64,000 nucleotides of DNA from the human T2T-CHM13v2.0 reference genome, Homo sapiens. The notes below the pieces were generated by a model. The model ran no database searches. It was not told where the DNA came from and saw only the letters and a program-made list of their open reading frames with translations. Every line of letters begins with the position of its first letter. The stretch's first letter is position 1. The stretch lies in the NCBI RefSeq assembly GCF_009914755.1, contig NC_060932.1; one strand, 5' to 3'. Both the position numbers and the translations under genes were made by a program. Below, piece after piece: positions 38,550 to 55,699 of the stretch.

Positions 38550-38980
38550 GAAAATTCAATGTCCACTTTTTACAGATGATACCCTTGTATAACTATATTA
38601 TAATATCACTGTGTAGCTAATTAGCATTAAATTTTAAGTTAACGACAGAGAATCAGGACCTTGTGAGATTATCCAGGCAGGGATTTGGTCCAAAGGAGTT
38701 TCCTCAAACCTGGGAAATCTGTTTATATATAAGCTCATAGATAAAATATTTTGAGTAAATCTGTTGATATATCTGGTTTGACCATGATTGCAAAGGTGGT
38801 TCCATGAGTTATAATAAAGACATGTATTACTTAATACCTAATGCAATATTTTGGCTTATGTAAGTGAAAGAATGTGTCTGCTCAATCTGGTAAATCATGT
38901 ATAATTTAGAATAATTTATTTCTGCATGCAATTAAACTGACTATTCTTTTGTAAATAAATGAAAAATGCTAAATATTTCA
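38550..38980 (+). mobile_element. Ancient L1 RT5-7 fossil
   Basis: LFTDDTLV*L (38566-38595) ~ LFADDTLVYL; IKYF/VNL (38741) ~ IKYLGVNL; SERMCLL..RIIYF ~ GRIxLI..RLLYL. Confidence 0.65.
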
Positions 38981-39202
38981 GGGTTTTGCTCCTTTTTTAT
39001 TACACTTTAAGTTCTAGGGTACATGTGCACAACGTGCAGGTTTGTTATATATGTATACATGTGCCATGTTGGTGTGCTGCGCTCGTTAACTCGTCATTTA
39101 CAATAGGTATATCTCCCAATGCTATCCCTCCCCGCTCCCCCCACCCTATGACAGGCCCTGGTGTGTGATGTTCCCTACCCTGTGTCCAAGTGTTCTCAAT
39201 GT

Positions 39203-43022
<3,820 letters not shown>

Positions 43023-43085
43023 TATGATGTTAGCTGGTTAGTTTGCTCGTTAGTTGATGCAGTTTCTTCCTAGCCTCAATGGTCT

Positions 43086-44163
43086 TTACAATTTGGCATA
43101 TTTTTGCAGTGGCTGATACCAGTTATTCCTTTCCATGTTTAGTGCTTCCTTCAGGAGTTCTTGTAAGGCAGGCCTGGTGGTTACAAAATCTCTCAGCATT
43201 TGTTTGTCTGTAAAGGATTTTATTTCTCCTTCACTTATGAAGCTTAGTTTGGCTGGGTACGAAATTCTGGTTTGAAAATTCTTCTCTTTAAGAATGTTGA
43301 ATATTGGTTCCCACTCTCTTCTGGCTTGTAGAGTTTCTGCCAAGAGATCTGCTGTTAGTCTGATGGCCTTCCCTTTGGGGGTAACCCAAACTTTCTCTCT
43401 GGCTGTCCTTAACATTTTTTCCCTCATTTCAACTTTGGTGAATCTGACCATTCCATGTCTTGGAGTTGTTCTTCTCGAGGAGTATCTTTGTGCTGTTCTC
43501 TGTATTTCCTGAATTTGGATGTTGGCCTGCATTGCTAGGTTGGGGAAGTTCTCCTGGAAAATAACCTGAAGAGTGTTTTCCAACTTGGTTCCATTCTTCT
43601 CGTCACTTTCATGTACACCAATCAGACATAGATTTGGCCTTTTCACATAGTCCCATATTTCTTGGAGGCTTTTTCATTTCTTTTACTCTTTTTTCTCTAA
43701 ACTTCTCTTCTTGCTTCATTTCATTCATTTGATCTTCAATCACTGATACCCTTTCTTCCACTTGATCTAATTGGCTACTGTATCTTGTGCATGTGTCATG
43801 TAGATTTCATGCCATTGTTTTCAGCTCCTTCAGGTGACTTAAGTTCTTCTCCACACTGTTTATTCTAGTTATCCATTCACCTAATCTTTTTTCAAGGTTT
43901 TTAGCTTCTTTACAATGGGTTCGAATATCCTCCTTTAGCACAGAGAAATTTTTGATTGTTAGCTTCTTTGCAATGGGTTTGAACATCCTCCTTTAGCCCA
44001 GAGAAGTTTGTTATTTCTGATCATCTGAAGCCTTCTCCTCTGAACTCGTCAAAGTCATTCTCAGTCCAGCTTTGTTCCATTGCTGGCAAGGAGCTGTGTT
44101 CTTTGGAGGAGAAGTGCTCTGATTTTTAGAATTCTCAGCTTTTCTGCTCTGGTTTCTCACCAT
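43086..44163 (-). pseudogene. L1 ORF1 remnant
   Basis: KRPNLCLIGV..YPAKLSF..QPLQKYAKL peptide; N-half disrupted, including a 58-bp duplication. Confidence 0.9.
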
Positions 44164-45214
44164 CTTTGTGGTTTTCTCTACTTTGGTCTTTGATGATGGT
44201 GACGTACAGATGAGGTTTTGGTGTGGATGTCCTTTCTTTTTATTAGTTTTTCTTCTATCAGTCAGGACCCTCAGCTGCAGGTCTGTTGGAGTTTGCTGGA
44301 AGTCCACTCCAGACCCTGTTTGCCTGGGTATCACCAGCAGAGGCTGCAGAACAGCAAATGTTGCTGCCTGATCCTTCCTCTGGAAACTTTGTCTCAGAGG
44401 GGCATCTGGCTGTATGAGGTGTCAGTCAGTCTCTACTGGGAGGTATCTCCTAGTTAGGCTACTCAGGGGGTCAGGGACTCACTTGAGGAGGCAGTCTGTC
44501 CATTCTCAGATCTCAAACTCTGTGCTGGGAGAACCACTACTCTCTTCAAAGCTGTCATACACAGATGTTTAAGTCTGCAGAAGTTTCTGCTGCCTTTTGT
44601 TCAGCTATGCCCTGCCCCCAGAGGTGGAGTCTACAGAGGCAGGCAGGCCTCCTCGCACTTTGTTGGGCTCCTCCTAGTTCAAGCTTCCCGGCCGCTTTGT
44701 TTACCTACTCAAGCCTCAGCAATGGTGGACGCCCATCCCCCAGCCTCACTGCTGCCTTGCAGTTCGATCTCAGGCTGCTGTGCTAGCAGTGAGCGAGGCT
44801 CTGTGGGCGTGGGACCCTCTGAGCCAAGTGTGGGATATAATCTCTTGGTGTGCCATTTGCTAAGACCATTGGAAAAGTGCAGTATTAGGTTGGGAGTGTC
44901 CCAATTTTCCAGGTACTGTCTGTCATGGCTTCCCTTTGCCAGGAAAGGGAATTCCCTGACCCCTTGCTCTTCCCGGGTGAGGGGATGCCCTGCCCTGCTC
45001 GGTGGGCTGCACCCACTGTCCAACAAGCCCCAGTGAGATGAACCTGGTACTTCAGTTGGAAATGCAGAAATGACTCATCTTCTGTGTTGTTCATGCTGGG
45101 AGCTGTAGACTGGAGCTGTTCCTATTCGGCCACCTTGGAACCTCCCCGGCTTTGTTCCTTTTTGTTTAAAAAAGTAAATTCAAGGGTGCTTCTAAAAATT
45201 TGAGAGAATTTCTT

Positions 45215-48200
45215 TCCTTAACTTTTATTTTAAGTTCAGGGATACAACTGTATGTTTGTTATAGAGGTAAACTCATGTCACAGTGGCTTGTTGCACCAAT
45301 TATTTCATCACCCAGGTACTGAGCCTAGTACCCAGTAGTTAGTTTTTACTCCTCCTCTCTCTCCTCCTCCCCTCAAGTAGGCCCCATTGTCTCTTCCCTT
45401 CTTTATGCTCATGAGTTCTGATCATTTAGCTACCACTTATAAGTAATAACATGTAGCATTTGATTTTCTGTTTCTGCATTAGTTTGCTAAGGAAAATGGC
45501 CTCCAGCTCCATCCATGTTCCCACAAAAGACATTACTTCTTATGACTGCATAGTATTTCATGGTGTATATGTACCATATTTTCTTTACCCAATATGTCAT
45601 TGATGGGTATTTAGGTTTATTCCATGTGTTTGTGCAGCAACGAACATTCAGATGCATGTGTCTTTATGATAGAATGATTTATACTCCTCTTGATGTATAC
45701 CCAGTAATAGGATTGCAGGTTCAAATGGTATTTCTATTTTTAGCTCTTTGAGGAATCACCATACAGAATTCCACAATGGTTGAACTAATTTACACTTCCA
45801 CCAACAGTGTATAAGTGTTCCCTTTTCTCCACAACCTTACTAGTGGTTGTTATTTTTTGACTTTTTCATGATAGCTAGTCTGACTGGTGGGAGATGGTAT
45901 CTCATTGTGGTTTTGATTTGCATTTCTTTAATGATTAGTGACATTGAGTTTTTTTTCATAAGCTTGTTGGCTGCATGTGTGTCTTCTTTTGAAAGGTGCC
46001 TCTTCATATCCTTTGCCCACTTTTTAATGGGGTTGTTAGTTTTTCTCTTGTAAATTTGTTTATGTTTTTTATTCATACTGAATATTAGACTTTTGTCAGA
46101 TGCATAGTTTGCAAATATTTTCTCCCGTTCTGTAGATAGCTGATAGTTTTTTTTTCTGCACAGAAGTTCTTTAGTTTAATTAGATCCCATTAGTCAATTT
46201 TTGCTTTTGTTGCAATTATTTTGGTGTCTTTGTCATGAAATCTTTGCTCATTCCAATGCCCAGGATTGTATTACCTGTGTTGTCTTCCAGAATTTTCATA
46301 GATTTGGGTTTTACATTTAAGTCTTTAATCCATCTCAAGTTGAATTTTGTGTTTAGAGAAAGGAAGGGGTCCTATTTCAATCTTCTGCATATGGCTAGCC
46401 AGTTATTCCAGCATCATTTATTGAATAGAGAAGTTTTTTCCCTGCTGCTAGTTTTCGTCAGTTTTGTCTAAGATCAAATGGTCATAGGCGTATGGCCTTA
46501 TTTCTGCACTCCCTATTCTGTTCCATTGGTCTATGTGCCTGTTTTTGTACCAGTACAACACTGTTTTGGTTCCTGTAGCCCTGTAGTATAGTTTGAAATT
46601 GGATAACGTGATGCCTCTAGCTTTGTTCTTTTTGCTTAGAATTGTCTTGGCTCTTTTTTGGTTCCATATGAATTTTAAAGTAGTTTTTATCTAGTTCTGC
46701 AAAGAATGCCATTGGTAATTTGATAGGAATAACATTGAATCTATAAATTGCTTTGGGCAATATGGCCATTTTAATAACATTGTTTCTTCCTATCCACGAC
46801 CATGGGACCTTTTACATTTGTTCGTGTCATTTCTGATTTAACAATGTTTTGTAATTCTCATCGTAGAGACCTTTCACTACCTGGCTAATTGTATTCCTAG
46901 GTATTTTATTCTTTTTGTGGCAATTGTAAATGGTATTGTGTTCCCGATTTGGCTATAGGATTGACTTTTGTTGGTGTATAGAAATGCTAGTGGTTTGTGC
47001 ATTTATTTTTGTATCCTGAAACTTTACTGAAGTTGTTTATCAGGTAGAGGAGCATTTGGGCTGAGACTATGGGGTTTTCTACATACAGAATCATGTCATC
47101 TGCAAAGAGGGATAGGTAGACTTCCTCTCTTCCAATTTCAGTGACGTTTATTTATTTCCCTCATCTGATTGCTCTGGCCAGGACTTCCAATACTATGTTA
47201 AATATGAGTAGAGAGAGAGGACACCCTTGTCTTGTGCCAGTTTTGAAGGGGAGTGCTTCCAGCTTTTGCCCACTCAGTATGATGTTGGCTGTAGGTTTTT
47301 TATAGATGGCTCTTATTGTTTTGAGGTATGTTTCTTCAATACCTAGTTTATTGAGAGTTTTTCACATGAAGGGATTTTGACTTTTATCAAACCTTTTCTG
47401 CATTTATTGTGATAATCATGTGATTTTTTCTTTAGTTCTGTTTATGTGATTAATCACATTTATTGATTTGTGTATGCTGAACCAACCTTGCATCCCTGGT
47501 ATGAAGCCTACTTTATCATGATAGATTAACTTTTTGATGTGCTGCTTGATTCAGTTTGCAAGTATTTTGTTGAGGATGTTTGCATCAATGTTTATTAAGG
47601 ATATTGGCCTGAAGTTTTCTCTTTATTTGGTTTTGTTGCTGTAAGGTTTTGGTATCAGAATGATGCTGGCCTCATAGAATTAGTTGGAGAGGAGTCCCTA
47701 CTCCTCAATTTTTGGAATAGTTTCAGTAGAAATTGTACCAACTCTTCTTTGTTCATCTGGTAGAATCTGGCTGTGAATCCATCTGGTTCAGGGCATTTGT
47801 TGGTTGGTAAGCTATTTATTACTGATTCAGTTTTGGAGCTCATTATTGGTCTGTTTAGGAAATCAGTTTCTTCCTGGTTCAGTCTTGGGAAGGTGTAAGT
47901 GTCCAATAATTTATTAATCTCTTCTAGATTTTGTAGTTTGTGTGCAGAGAGGTGTAGGTGGTGGTTTCTGATGATTATTTTTATTTATGTGAGTTCAGTG
48001 GTAGCATCCCCTTTGTTATTTGTAATTGTGTTAATTTGGATATTTTCTCTCTTTTTTTCTTTATTAGTCTAGGTAGCAGTCTATCTTATTCATTTGTTCA
48101 AAAAATTAATTCCTGGATTTGTTAATATTTAGAATGGTTTTTGATTTCTTAATTTCTTCCATTTCAGCTTTGATTTTTGTTGTTTTGTTATTTATTGTCT

Positions 48201-51200
48201 TCTGCTAGCTTTGGGTTTGATTCATTCTTGCTTCTCTAATTATTTTGGTGTGATATTATGTTATTAATTTGAGATCTTTCTATCTTTGTGATGTAGGCAT
48301 TTAATGCTATAAATTTCCCTCTTAACACTACCTTAGCTATATCCCCCAAATTATGGTATGTTGTTCTCTTTTCTTCCAAAGAACTTTTTGATTTCTGCCT
48401 TAATTTCATTATTTACCCAAAAGTCTTTCAGGAACATGTTATTTTATTTCCATGTAATTGCATTGTTTTCAGCAATTTTTTTGTCTTGACTTCTATTTTT
48501 ATTGTGCTGTGGTCCGAGAGTGCATTTGGTATGATTTCAATTCTTCTACATTTTCTGAGGATTGTTTTATGTCCAATTATGTGATCAATTTTAGAGTATG
48601 TGCCATGTGTTGATGAGAAGAATGTATATTCTGTTGTTTTGGGATGGAGAGTTCTGTAGCGCTTTCTCAGATCCATTTGGTCCAATGTTAAGTTCAGGTC
48701 TTGAATATCTTTGTTAATTTTCTGCCTCAGTGATTTGTCTAATACTGCCAGTGGAGCGTTGTTTCTCACTATTACTGTGTGGGAGTCTGAGTTTCTTTGT
48801 CTGTCTCTAATAACTTGCTTTATGAATCTGGATGTTCCTTTGTTGGGTTCATATATATTTAGGATAGTTAGGTCACCTTGTTGAATTGAACCCCTTACCA
48901 TTATGAAATGCCCTTCTTTGTCATTTTTTATCTTTGTTGGTTTAAAGTCTGTTTTGTCTGAAATTAGGATTGCAACCCCTGTTGTTATTTTTTTCTTATT
49001 TCCATATGCTTGGTAGATTTTCCTCCATCTTTTTAATTTTGAGCCTATTGGTGTCACTGCACATGAGATCAGTCCCTTGAAGACACCATCCCATTGGGTC
49101 TCACTTTTTTCTCCAGCTTTCCACTTTGTGTCTTTTAAGTGGCACATTTAGCTCATTTACATTGAAGATAAGTATTGATATTTGTAAATTTGATCCTGTT
49201 ATTGTGTTGTTAGCTAGTTATTATGCTGGATTATTTGTGTGGTTGCTTTATAGAGTCACTGGTCTGTGTGTTTTTAAGTGTGTTTTTGTGTTAGCTGGTA
49301 GTAGTCTTTCCTTTCTATGTGTAGTGCTCCTTTTAAGATCTCTTGGAAGGCATGTCTGCTGGTAACAAACTCCCTCAACATTTGCTTATCTGAAAAGGGT
49401 CTTATTTCTCTTTCACTTAGGCAGTTTAGTTTGGCTGGATATGAAATTTTTGGTTCTTCTTTAAAAATTTTTTCTTTAAGAATGTTGAAAATATACCTCC
49501 AGTCTTTTCTGGCTGATTGTGTTTCAGCTGAGAGGTCTGCTGTTAGCCTGATGGGGTTCCCTTTTTAGGTGACCTGCCTTTTCTCTCTAGCTGCCTTTAA
49601 CACTTTAACATTCTTTTTTTTTCATTTTGACTTTAGTAAATCTGATGATTATTTGTCTTAGGGATTATATTCTTGTGTAGAATCTTGCAGGGGTTCTCTG
49701 TATTTCCTGAATTTGACTGTTGGCTTCCATAGCAAGGTTGGGGAAGTTTTCATGATATCCTGAAATATGTTTTCCAAGTTGTTTGTTTTCTCCCCATTCA
49801 TTTTAGGGATGCCAATGATTCATAGATTTGGCCTTCTTATATAATCACTTATTTCTCAGAGGTTTCCTTCAATCTTTGTCTTTCTTTTTACTTTACTTTT
49901 GCATGACTATCTTATTTCAGAGAGCCAGTCTTCAAATTCTGAGATTCTTTCCTCAGCTTGGTCTATTCTGCTGTTAATGATTCTGATTGTATTGTGAAAT
50001 TCTTGTGTGTTTTTCAGCTCTGTCAGATCCATTAGGTTCCTTTTTATACCAGCTCTTTCATCATTCAGCTCCTGTATCATTTTATTGTAACTCTTAGTTT
50101 CCTCATATTGGTTTTCACTGTTCTCCTGAATCTCAAATATCTTCATTCCTATCCATATTCTGAATTCTATTTCTGTCATTTCAGCCAGCTCAGCCTGGTT
50201 AAGAACCTCTGTTGGAAAACTAATGTGGTTATTTGGAGGACCTACAACACTCTGGCCATTTGAGTTACTGGAGTTGTTACATTGGTTATTTCTCATATCT
50301 ATGTGTGGGTGTTTTTTTTAATTGGTGTGCAGATTGAGTACCATCAATAGACATCTCTTCTAGATGTTCCCACAGAGCTGAGAATTTGTGCAGGGTCTTT
50401 ATTTGTAGCTGACTTCCTGCTGTTGGTTTCACAGGGTGATATGTTAATGAGGTGTTTTTAGTGTTGAAGCTTTAGGGTGTAATCCACTAAGTGGCACTTA
50501 TATGTATTGATCAGTTCGTAGGCTCCTGCTTGGTCATTTGGGTCACCTATATTTCCTCACATTTGCAGCCCTGCTCCCTCTGAATGCTCTGCAAATCTGG
50601 GCTTCTGTCCAACTTAAGTGCAGGCTGTAGATCATGGCTTGGCACTCATGGGCTTCCCACTGTAGCTCTAGGGCAATCTCAGAGTAGGGCTGTTCTGTTA
50701 TGCTGGGAGTCCACACCAGTCCCTAGTCACCTCAAATTTTCCAATACCTGAAGGTATCAACAGTGAAGATTTCAAAACTGCAAAGACTGTGATCCCTCCC
50801 TCCCTCTGGGAGCTCTATCCCAGGGAGGTACAGTTCTGTTGCTAGCCTAAATGCATCTGTAGGAGGCAGCTGGACACCCTGGTTGGGATGTCCCTCTTGG
50901 TGGGGATGAATGAAATCAGGGACCCACTTAAAAAAGAAGTCTGGGCACATTTTTGTAGAGAAGTGCTGTGCTGGGGTTCTCCTTCAGCCCCCAGTCAAGT
51001 TGGACTCTCCAAAGCCTAAAGGCCAGAATGGCTAAGTCAGTCAAACAGCAAAGATGGCAGCCTGTCCCTCCCTCTGGGAACTCAGTCCCAGGCAAATTTG
51101 AAACCCTTCTCAGCCAAAAAATACTAGTGTGGGTGACTGGAGACCCCAGTCAGAATCCATGTGAATAAGCAGTCTGAACACCTAGAGAGAGCTGCTGGAC

Positions 51201-52222
51201 TGTGTTGGGGGACCACTCCAATCCATAGTTGCCTCAGATTCTCTAGAGCCCTAATGCAACAGTGGCTGAGGCTGTGAAACAGCAAAAATGGTAGCCCACC
51301 CTTCCCCTTGGGAGCTTTGTCTTGGGGAGGTGTAACACTGCTACTGGTGACTGGCTAGAGTTCCTAACCAGCAGGTTTTATCCTATTAGGAGCTGTGGAA
51401 GCAGGACCTGCGGAAGCAGGACCTGCAGACAGTCACTGCTCAGCCCCTAGGATTCAGTGCCTTTCCCAGGGGTGTGTATGGTGGTGTAACCTCCCACTTT
51501 GCTGGAGTTACGGCTGCTTTTGCTGGGAAGCCTAGGTATCTAAGGTTCCCAGGTCTCTGCACATGCTTGAGCAGCTTCTCTGCTGAGACTCCATGTGGCT
51601 TTGTGTCAGACTGAATGCCCTGGTGGAGTGGGTTCACAAGGGGATCTCCTGACATGAGGGCTGCAAAGATCTGTGGGAGAAGCATGGGTTCCTGGGGATG
51701 CTCGTTCACTTACCACTTCTATGAGTGAGGGAGGGTCCCCTGGCTTTGTGTCACTTTTTGGGTGGGCTGTCAATCTGCCTTGCTTTTCTCCGTTCTCTGT
51801 TGGTGAAGTTGTTTCCTTGGTTTGTCCCAGTGCATGCACCTACCTGGATGTTTCAGTTGAAGGTGCTGTATTTACTCACCTCTTCCATGGTCTGTGGCCT
51901 ATTAGAAACTGGGCTGCACAGCAGGAGGTGAGCAGCAGGCCAGCAACCATTATCACCTGAGCTCTGCATCCTCTCAGATCACTGGCAGCATTAGATTCTC
52001 ATAGGAGCGTGAACCCTATTGTTAACTGTGCATGGGAGGAATCTAGGTTGTGCTCCATTTGAAAATCTAATGCCTGACGATCTGAGGTGGAACAGTTTAA
52101 TCTCAAAACCACAACCCCAATCCCCACCCCAGTCCATGGAAAAACTGTCTTCCTTTAAATCAGTCCCTAATGCCAAAAGGGTTGGGAACTGTTGTTCTAG
52201 TTGGCCATCTTGGCCAACCCCC
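45215..52222 (-). mobile_element. Full-length older primate L1 (L1PA13-16/L1PREC2-like)
   Basis: 3'UTR 'tttcatcacccaggtactgagcctagtaccca'; ORF1 start MRNNQCNNSSNS (50296); ~1.9-kb 5'UTR ending ggccatcttggcc; TSD ttgagagaatttctt (45200-45214) / ttgaagaatttctt (52223-52236). Confidence 0.92.
51886..52194 (+). mobile_element. MER1B hAT-Charlie MITE nested in the L1 5'UTR, left end missing
   Basis: 'gcattagattctcataggagcgtgaaccctattg', right end 'aaaagggttgggaactgttg' followed by ttctagtt (NTCTAGAN-like target). Confidence 0.9.
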
Positions 52223-52245
52223 TTGAAGAATTTCTTGAAGACAGT

Positions 52246-52557
52246 TTAAAAACACCCACACACAGATATGAAAAATAACCAATGTAAGAACTCCAGTAAC
52301 TCAAATGGCCAGAGTGTTGTTGGTCCCCCAGTGACCACATTAGTTCTCCAACAGAGGTCCTTAACCAGGCCGAGCTGGCTGAAATGACAGAAATAGAATT
52401 CAGAATATGGATAGGAATGAAGATCATTGAGATTCAGGAGAACAGTGAAAACCAATACAAGGAAACTAAGAGTTACAATAACATGATGCAGGAGCTGAAT
52501 GATGAAAGAGCTGGTATAAAAACGAGCCTAATGGATTTGACAGAGCTGAAAAACACA
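52246..52557 (+). repeat. Inverted copy of L1 ORF1 segment ~50006-50321
   Basis: About 20 differences in ~310 nt by hand; no poly-A or TSD of its own. Confidence 0.9.
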
Positions 52558-52559
52558 AC

Positions 52560-53800
52560 TAAGAGCAGTATATTTTAGCTAATACAGCCAATTTACTTTG
52601 TTTTTTCACTTAAGCCCTTTATTATTTGGTAAAATACTACATTGTGAATATTTGTTTTAAAATATGTAACTTGTCTCATCAAAATAGATCTTATAATTGA
52701 AAACCAGAAGTTTTGAAATACATCTCACTTCATTACTTAGAAAGACATCACAGAGAAATTTCCCCAAAACTAAAAAGTTTAGTACTACTGGGTTCTCAAA
52801 AATATTTTTTATTTCACAATTCCCTATTTTAGTTGTAGTGATTTGATTATACTTTATGATCATCTTTTAATCTGTTGTAAACACTATCGGTTGGAAATTA
52901 AGAGTCTAAAAGTAGAATATTTAAAATTCTATTTAACTTACTATATTTATTTAAGCTAGAAAATGTTATTTGGTTAAGACAGTGTTTGATAACCTTTTAA
53001 ACCTTGGGGATTTCCTCCAAGTGGGAAGTCAGTATTGTGGCTCTAGCCAGAACAAATTATACTCTTATTTTTGGCTGTTTTGTTACAGCCACTTTGCTTG
53101 CTTTGTAGCTGTGATTTCAGGCATACCATTATAAAAACACATTTGTGAATAATATTAAATAATATGTATATATGATATATCTACATGTAAAATATACTTT
53201 TTTAATATTTATTTTTGTAAACAAGGGTACAGATGCTCCTCAATTTATACCAGGGGGCTACGCAACAATAAGCCCATTGTGATTTGAAAATATAGTAAGT
53301 TAAAAGTTCATTTAATACCATAATAGAACCATCTTTTAAATAAAGTTACTGAGTCAGAGACTCAATGATATGAATTTGTGAAGCACATTCTGTGTGCCCA
53401 GAGCTGTATACTAAGAATGGCAGGTTTTCATGGGATCAAAATGTGGCTTTTGGTCTTGGTTATGCATATTTTCTGGGCGGTGGAATTGCTAAAGTTGCAA
53501 TGCTAGTCTCCACTGTCTGTTTTCTCTCTCCTCTCTCTTTCCTCTAGGGCCTGTGAAGCTCTAACTGTATCATCTCTCCAGCAATAGCAGACATGTATTC
53601 AGAATATATTTCTTTTATTATTTTGTTACTCGACTGGAATATATACTTCCCAACTTTCACTGGTTCCTGGGAAAAATTATGCACTTTTAAATAGGACCCA
53701 ATTTTACTTAATATCCTTTAATATTTTATGAATATATAAACTAAATTACAAGTTACCTTTGTCTTCAGTAAAATTTTTCCTAACTTGCTTTTCTTAAAAT
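52560..53800 (+). mobile_element. Ancient L1 ORF2 C-terminal fossil (probable continuation of 38550-38980)
   Basis: ISQFPIL (52811); DFLQV (~53009); SKCG..MHIFW (53462-53476)..KLQ; ILLLDWNIYFPTF (53620-53658) ~ ILxxWK...PT; FSKIF (53764) ~ FxKIW. Confidence 0.55.
53230..53367 (+). mobile_element. MER47-like TcMar-Tigger MITE
   Basis: ta|cagatgctcctcaatttat..aagcccattgt..gaaaatatagtaagttaaaa..catttaatac. Confidence 0.7.
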
Positions 53801-54199
53801 TATTTTAAACTTTAAAATACATGTCATATGGAAATTGGGATTTATGACCTACTTGTATGCCATATTTTATTAAAACTCATAATCACAATACAACAGAACA
53901 AGTCATTCTCAGGAAAAGGTAAGAATTTGCCCTGAAGAAAATACAAGACACAGTTGCATTTCAAATTCTTATCTGTCCCTTGCTTAATATTTCATAATGA
54001 CTCCTCTTATTCTTTTGATATGCTCTATCAGTGATTTTCTGTTTTATCTTACCTTGCAATTACAGTATTACTTTCAATACAGCCTATGTTTAAGAATATG
54101 CGGCTAATGAAGAACTAAAATGTATTAAAAGCTTAGTGGCCTATTCACTGCCACAATATGCAGTTCCAAAAAAAAAAAAAAAAGGAGAGAGAGAGAGAG

Positions 54200-54980
54200 A
54201 GAAAATAGAGATCAAATGTAATAATGGCAATAGTTAGGAATTAGAAACAATTACATCTGTTTATTTTCCAAGCAGTTATTGCACTCAAATTACAGTACCT
54301 TACTTTATAAGTGACTTTTCTTAATACTTCTAATAAAGGCTAGAGCACCCCTTCAAACAAATATGTTTAGATACATACATACACACGATGAACCCGATTG
54401 AACAATGAAGGTTCAGTTATCTCAAAAACATTTTAAAATATTAGTTATCTGCAGATATGACACTGAAAATGTTTAACAACCAGCCTGGCATTTACTCACA
54501 CCAATCAGAACAGTGGCTGACTGTACCTGCTGATACAGCTGTACTGATGCATGCAACCCTGGTCATCTAGATAGGGTAACATTTGTTGCACTCTTGGACA
54601 GTAAAATACAAAATCAAATGATAATTTGTGTCTATGTGTAAGTATTTTATTTTCCTTTTTGTAATAAAGTGAATCATATATTTTCTATGATATTTTTCTT
54701 AAATAATTGTTCATCTTTTGCCTTTGAAACAAGCATAAGGCCAGGACTTTTCAAGGTCAAAGAACTTGGGGAGATGCTGGTAGGAATAGAAGGAAATAGT
54801 AGAACCCATTAGATCACAGTCATTGGTTGTTGATAGTATGTAGCTGTATGTAATTCTATGATACTATTTCTTTCAGTTTCTGATTTAAAAAGACATTGTA
54901 GTTAAAGGACTAAATATAGTTCATCCACAGGATTCTAATGATTCTACCTCCCTTATTTTCTAAAGATCGAATCACAAGAT
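54200..54980 (-). mobile_element. Ancient L1 ORF1 + start of EN fossil
   Basis: LENKGGRIIRIL (54963-54928) ~ LENRSRRNNIRI; NG/TISFYS (54810-54783) ~ GxxIxFYPD; weaker EN motifs 54220-54340. Confidence 0.5.
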
Positions 54981-55419
54981 GGATATTATGTTAATATAAT
55001 TTAAAAAAAAGCATATTACAAGTAACAGTCTTATTCTACCTTACTTAAATACAAATATTTTGTAAAGAAATTAAGTAGTGAATATTCAATTCACATTTAT
55101 AAGTCTTTATATGTATATGCATATATATTTATTAAATGCAAACAATTTATTATATATTTACAATTATATATCAAACTTAAATTATGACAAAATTAGTACA
55201 AATCAATTTCAACAGAAATTATTTCTTGAATTTCATTTTCACTTTGTGCAGAAATATTACACATGAAAAAGTATTGTTTTTAATTTCAGGTGTTTTGTTA
55301 TATTTTATTTGAATTTCTAAGTATTAAAATGATGCTTTAATTATGAAAATATATTAATAAGGATAATTAATTTTGACAATCTTGTTTTGGATGTTTTATC
55401 TTGAGATAGTAGATGAAAT

Positions 55420-55545
55420 TTCTTTCATTTATTTATTCCTTGAACAAATATTTTTTGAAAGTCTATCATGTATGAAGCATTATTCTGTGTACTTGAAACA
55501 CGTTCATGAATAAAAAATCTAGTTGATGTGGCACTTACAGAATAA
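55420..55545 (-). mobile_element. L2 3' tail
   Basis: 'ttcatttatttattccttgaacaaatattttttga..ctatcatgtatgaagcattattct'. Confidence 0.6.
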
Positions 55546-55699
55546 AAACAAGGGGGAAGATCACAAGCTGGCCCATACATTGTCAGATCATGTGTGGTCA
55601 GAGTGTAATTGGGCTTAAGGCTGTTCATTCATTTCATTAAAGATAGTTACAGTTATATCCTTCCTCCTCTTTTTTTTTCTTTCTTTAGTTACATTTTGT

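Noticed and set aside
50760-51430. Three ~250-bp diverged repeats and a 15-bp duplication (51397-51426)
   Set aside because: Internal repeats of the old L1 5'UTR; the small duplication is trivial slippage
53515-53550. Strong plus-strand splice acceptor
   Set aside because: A CT microsatellite followed by AG; no supported exon or ORF
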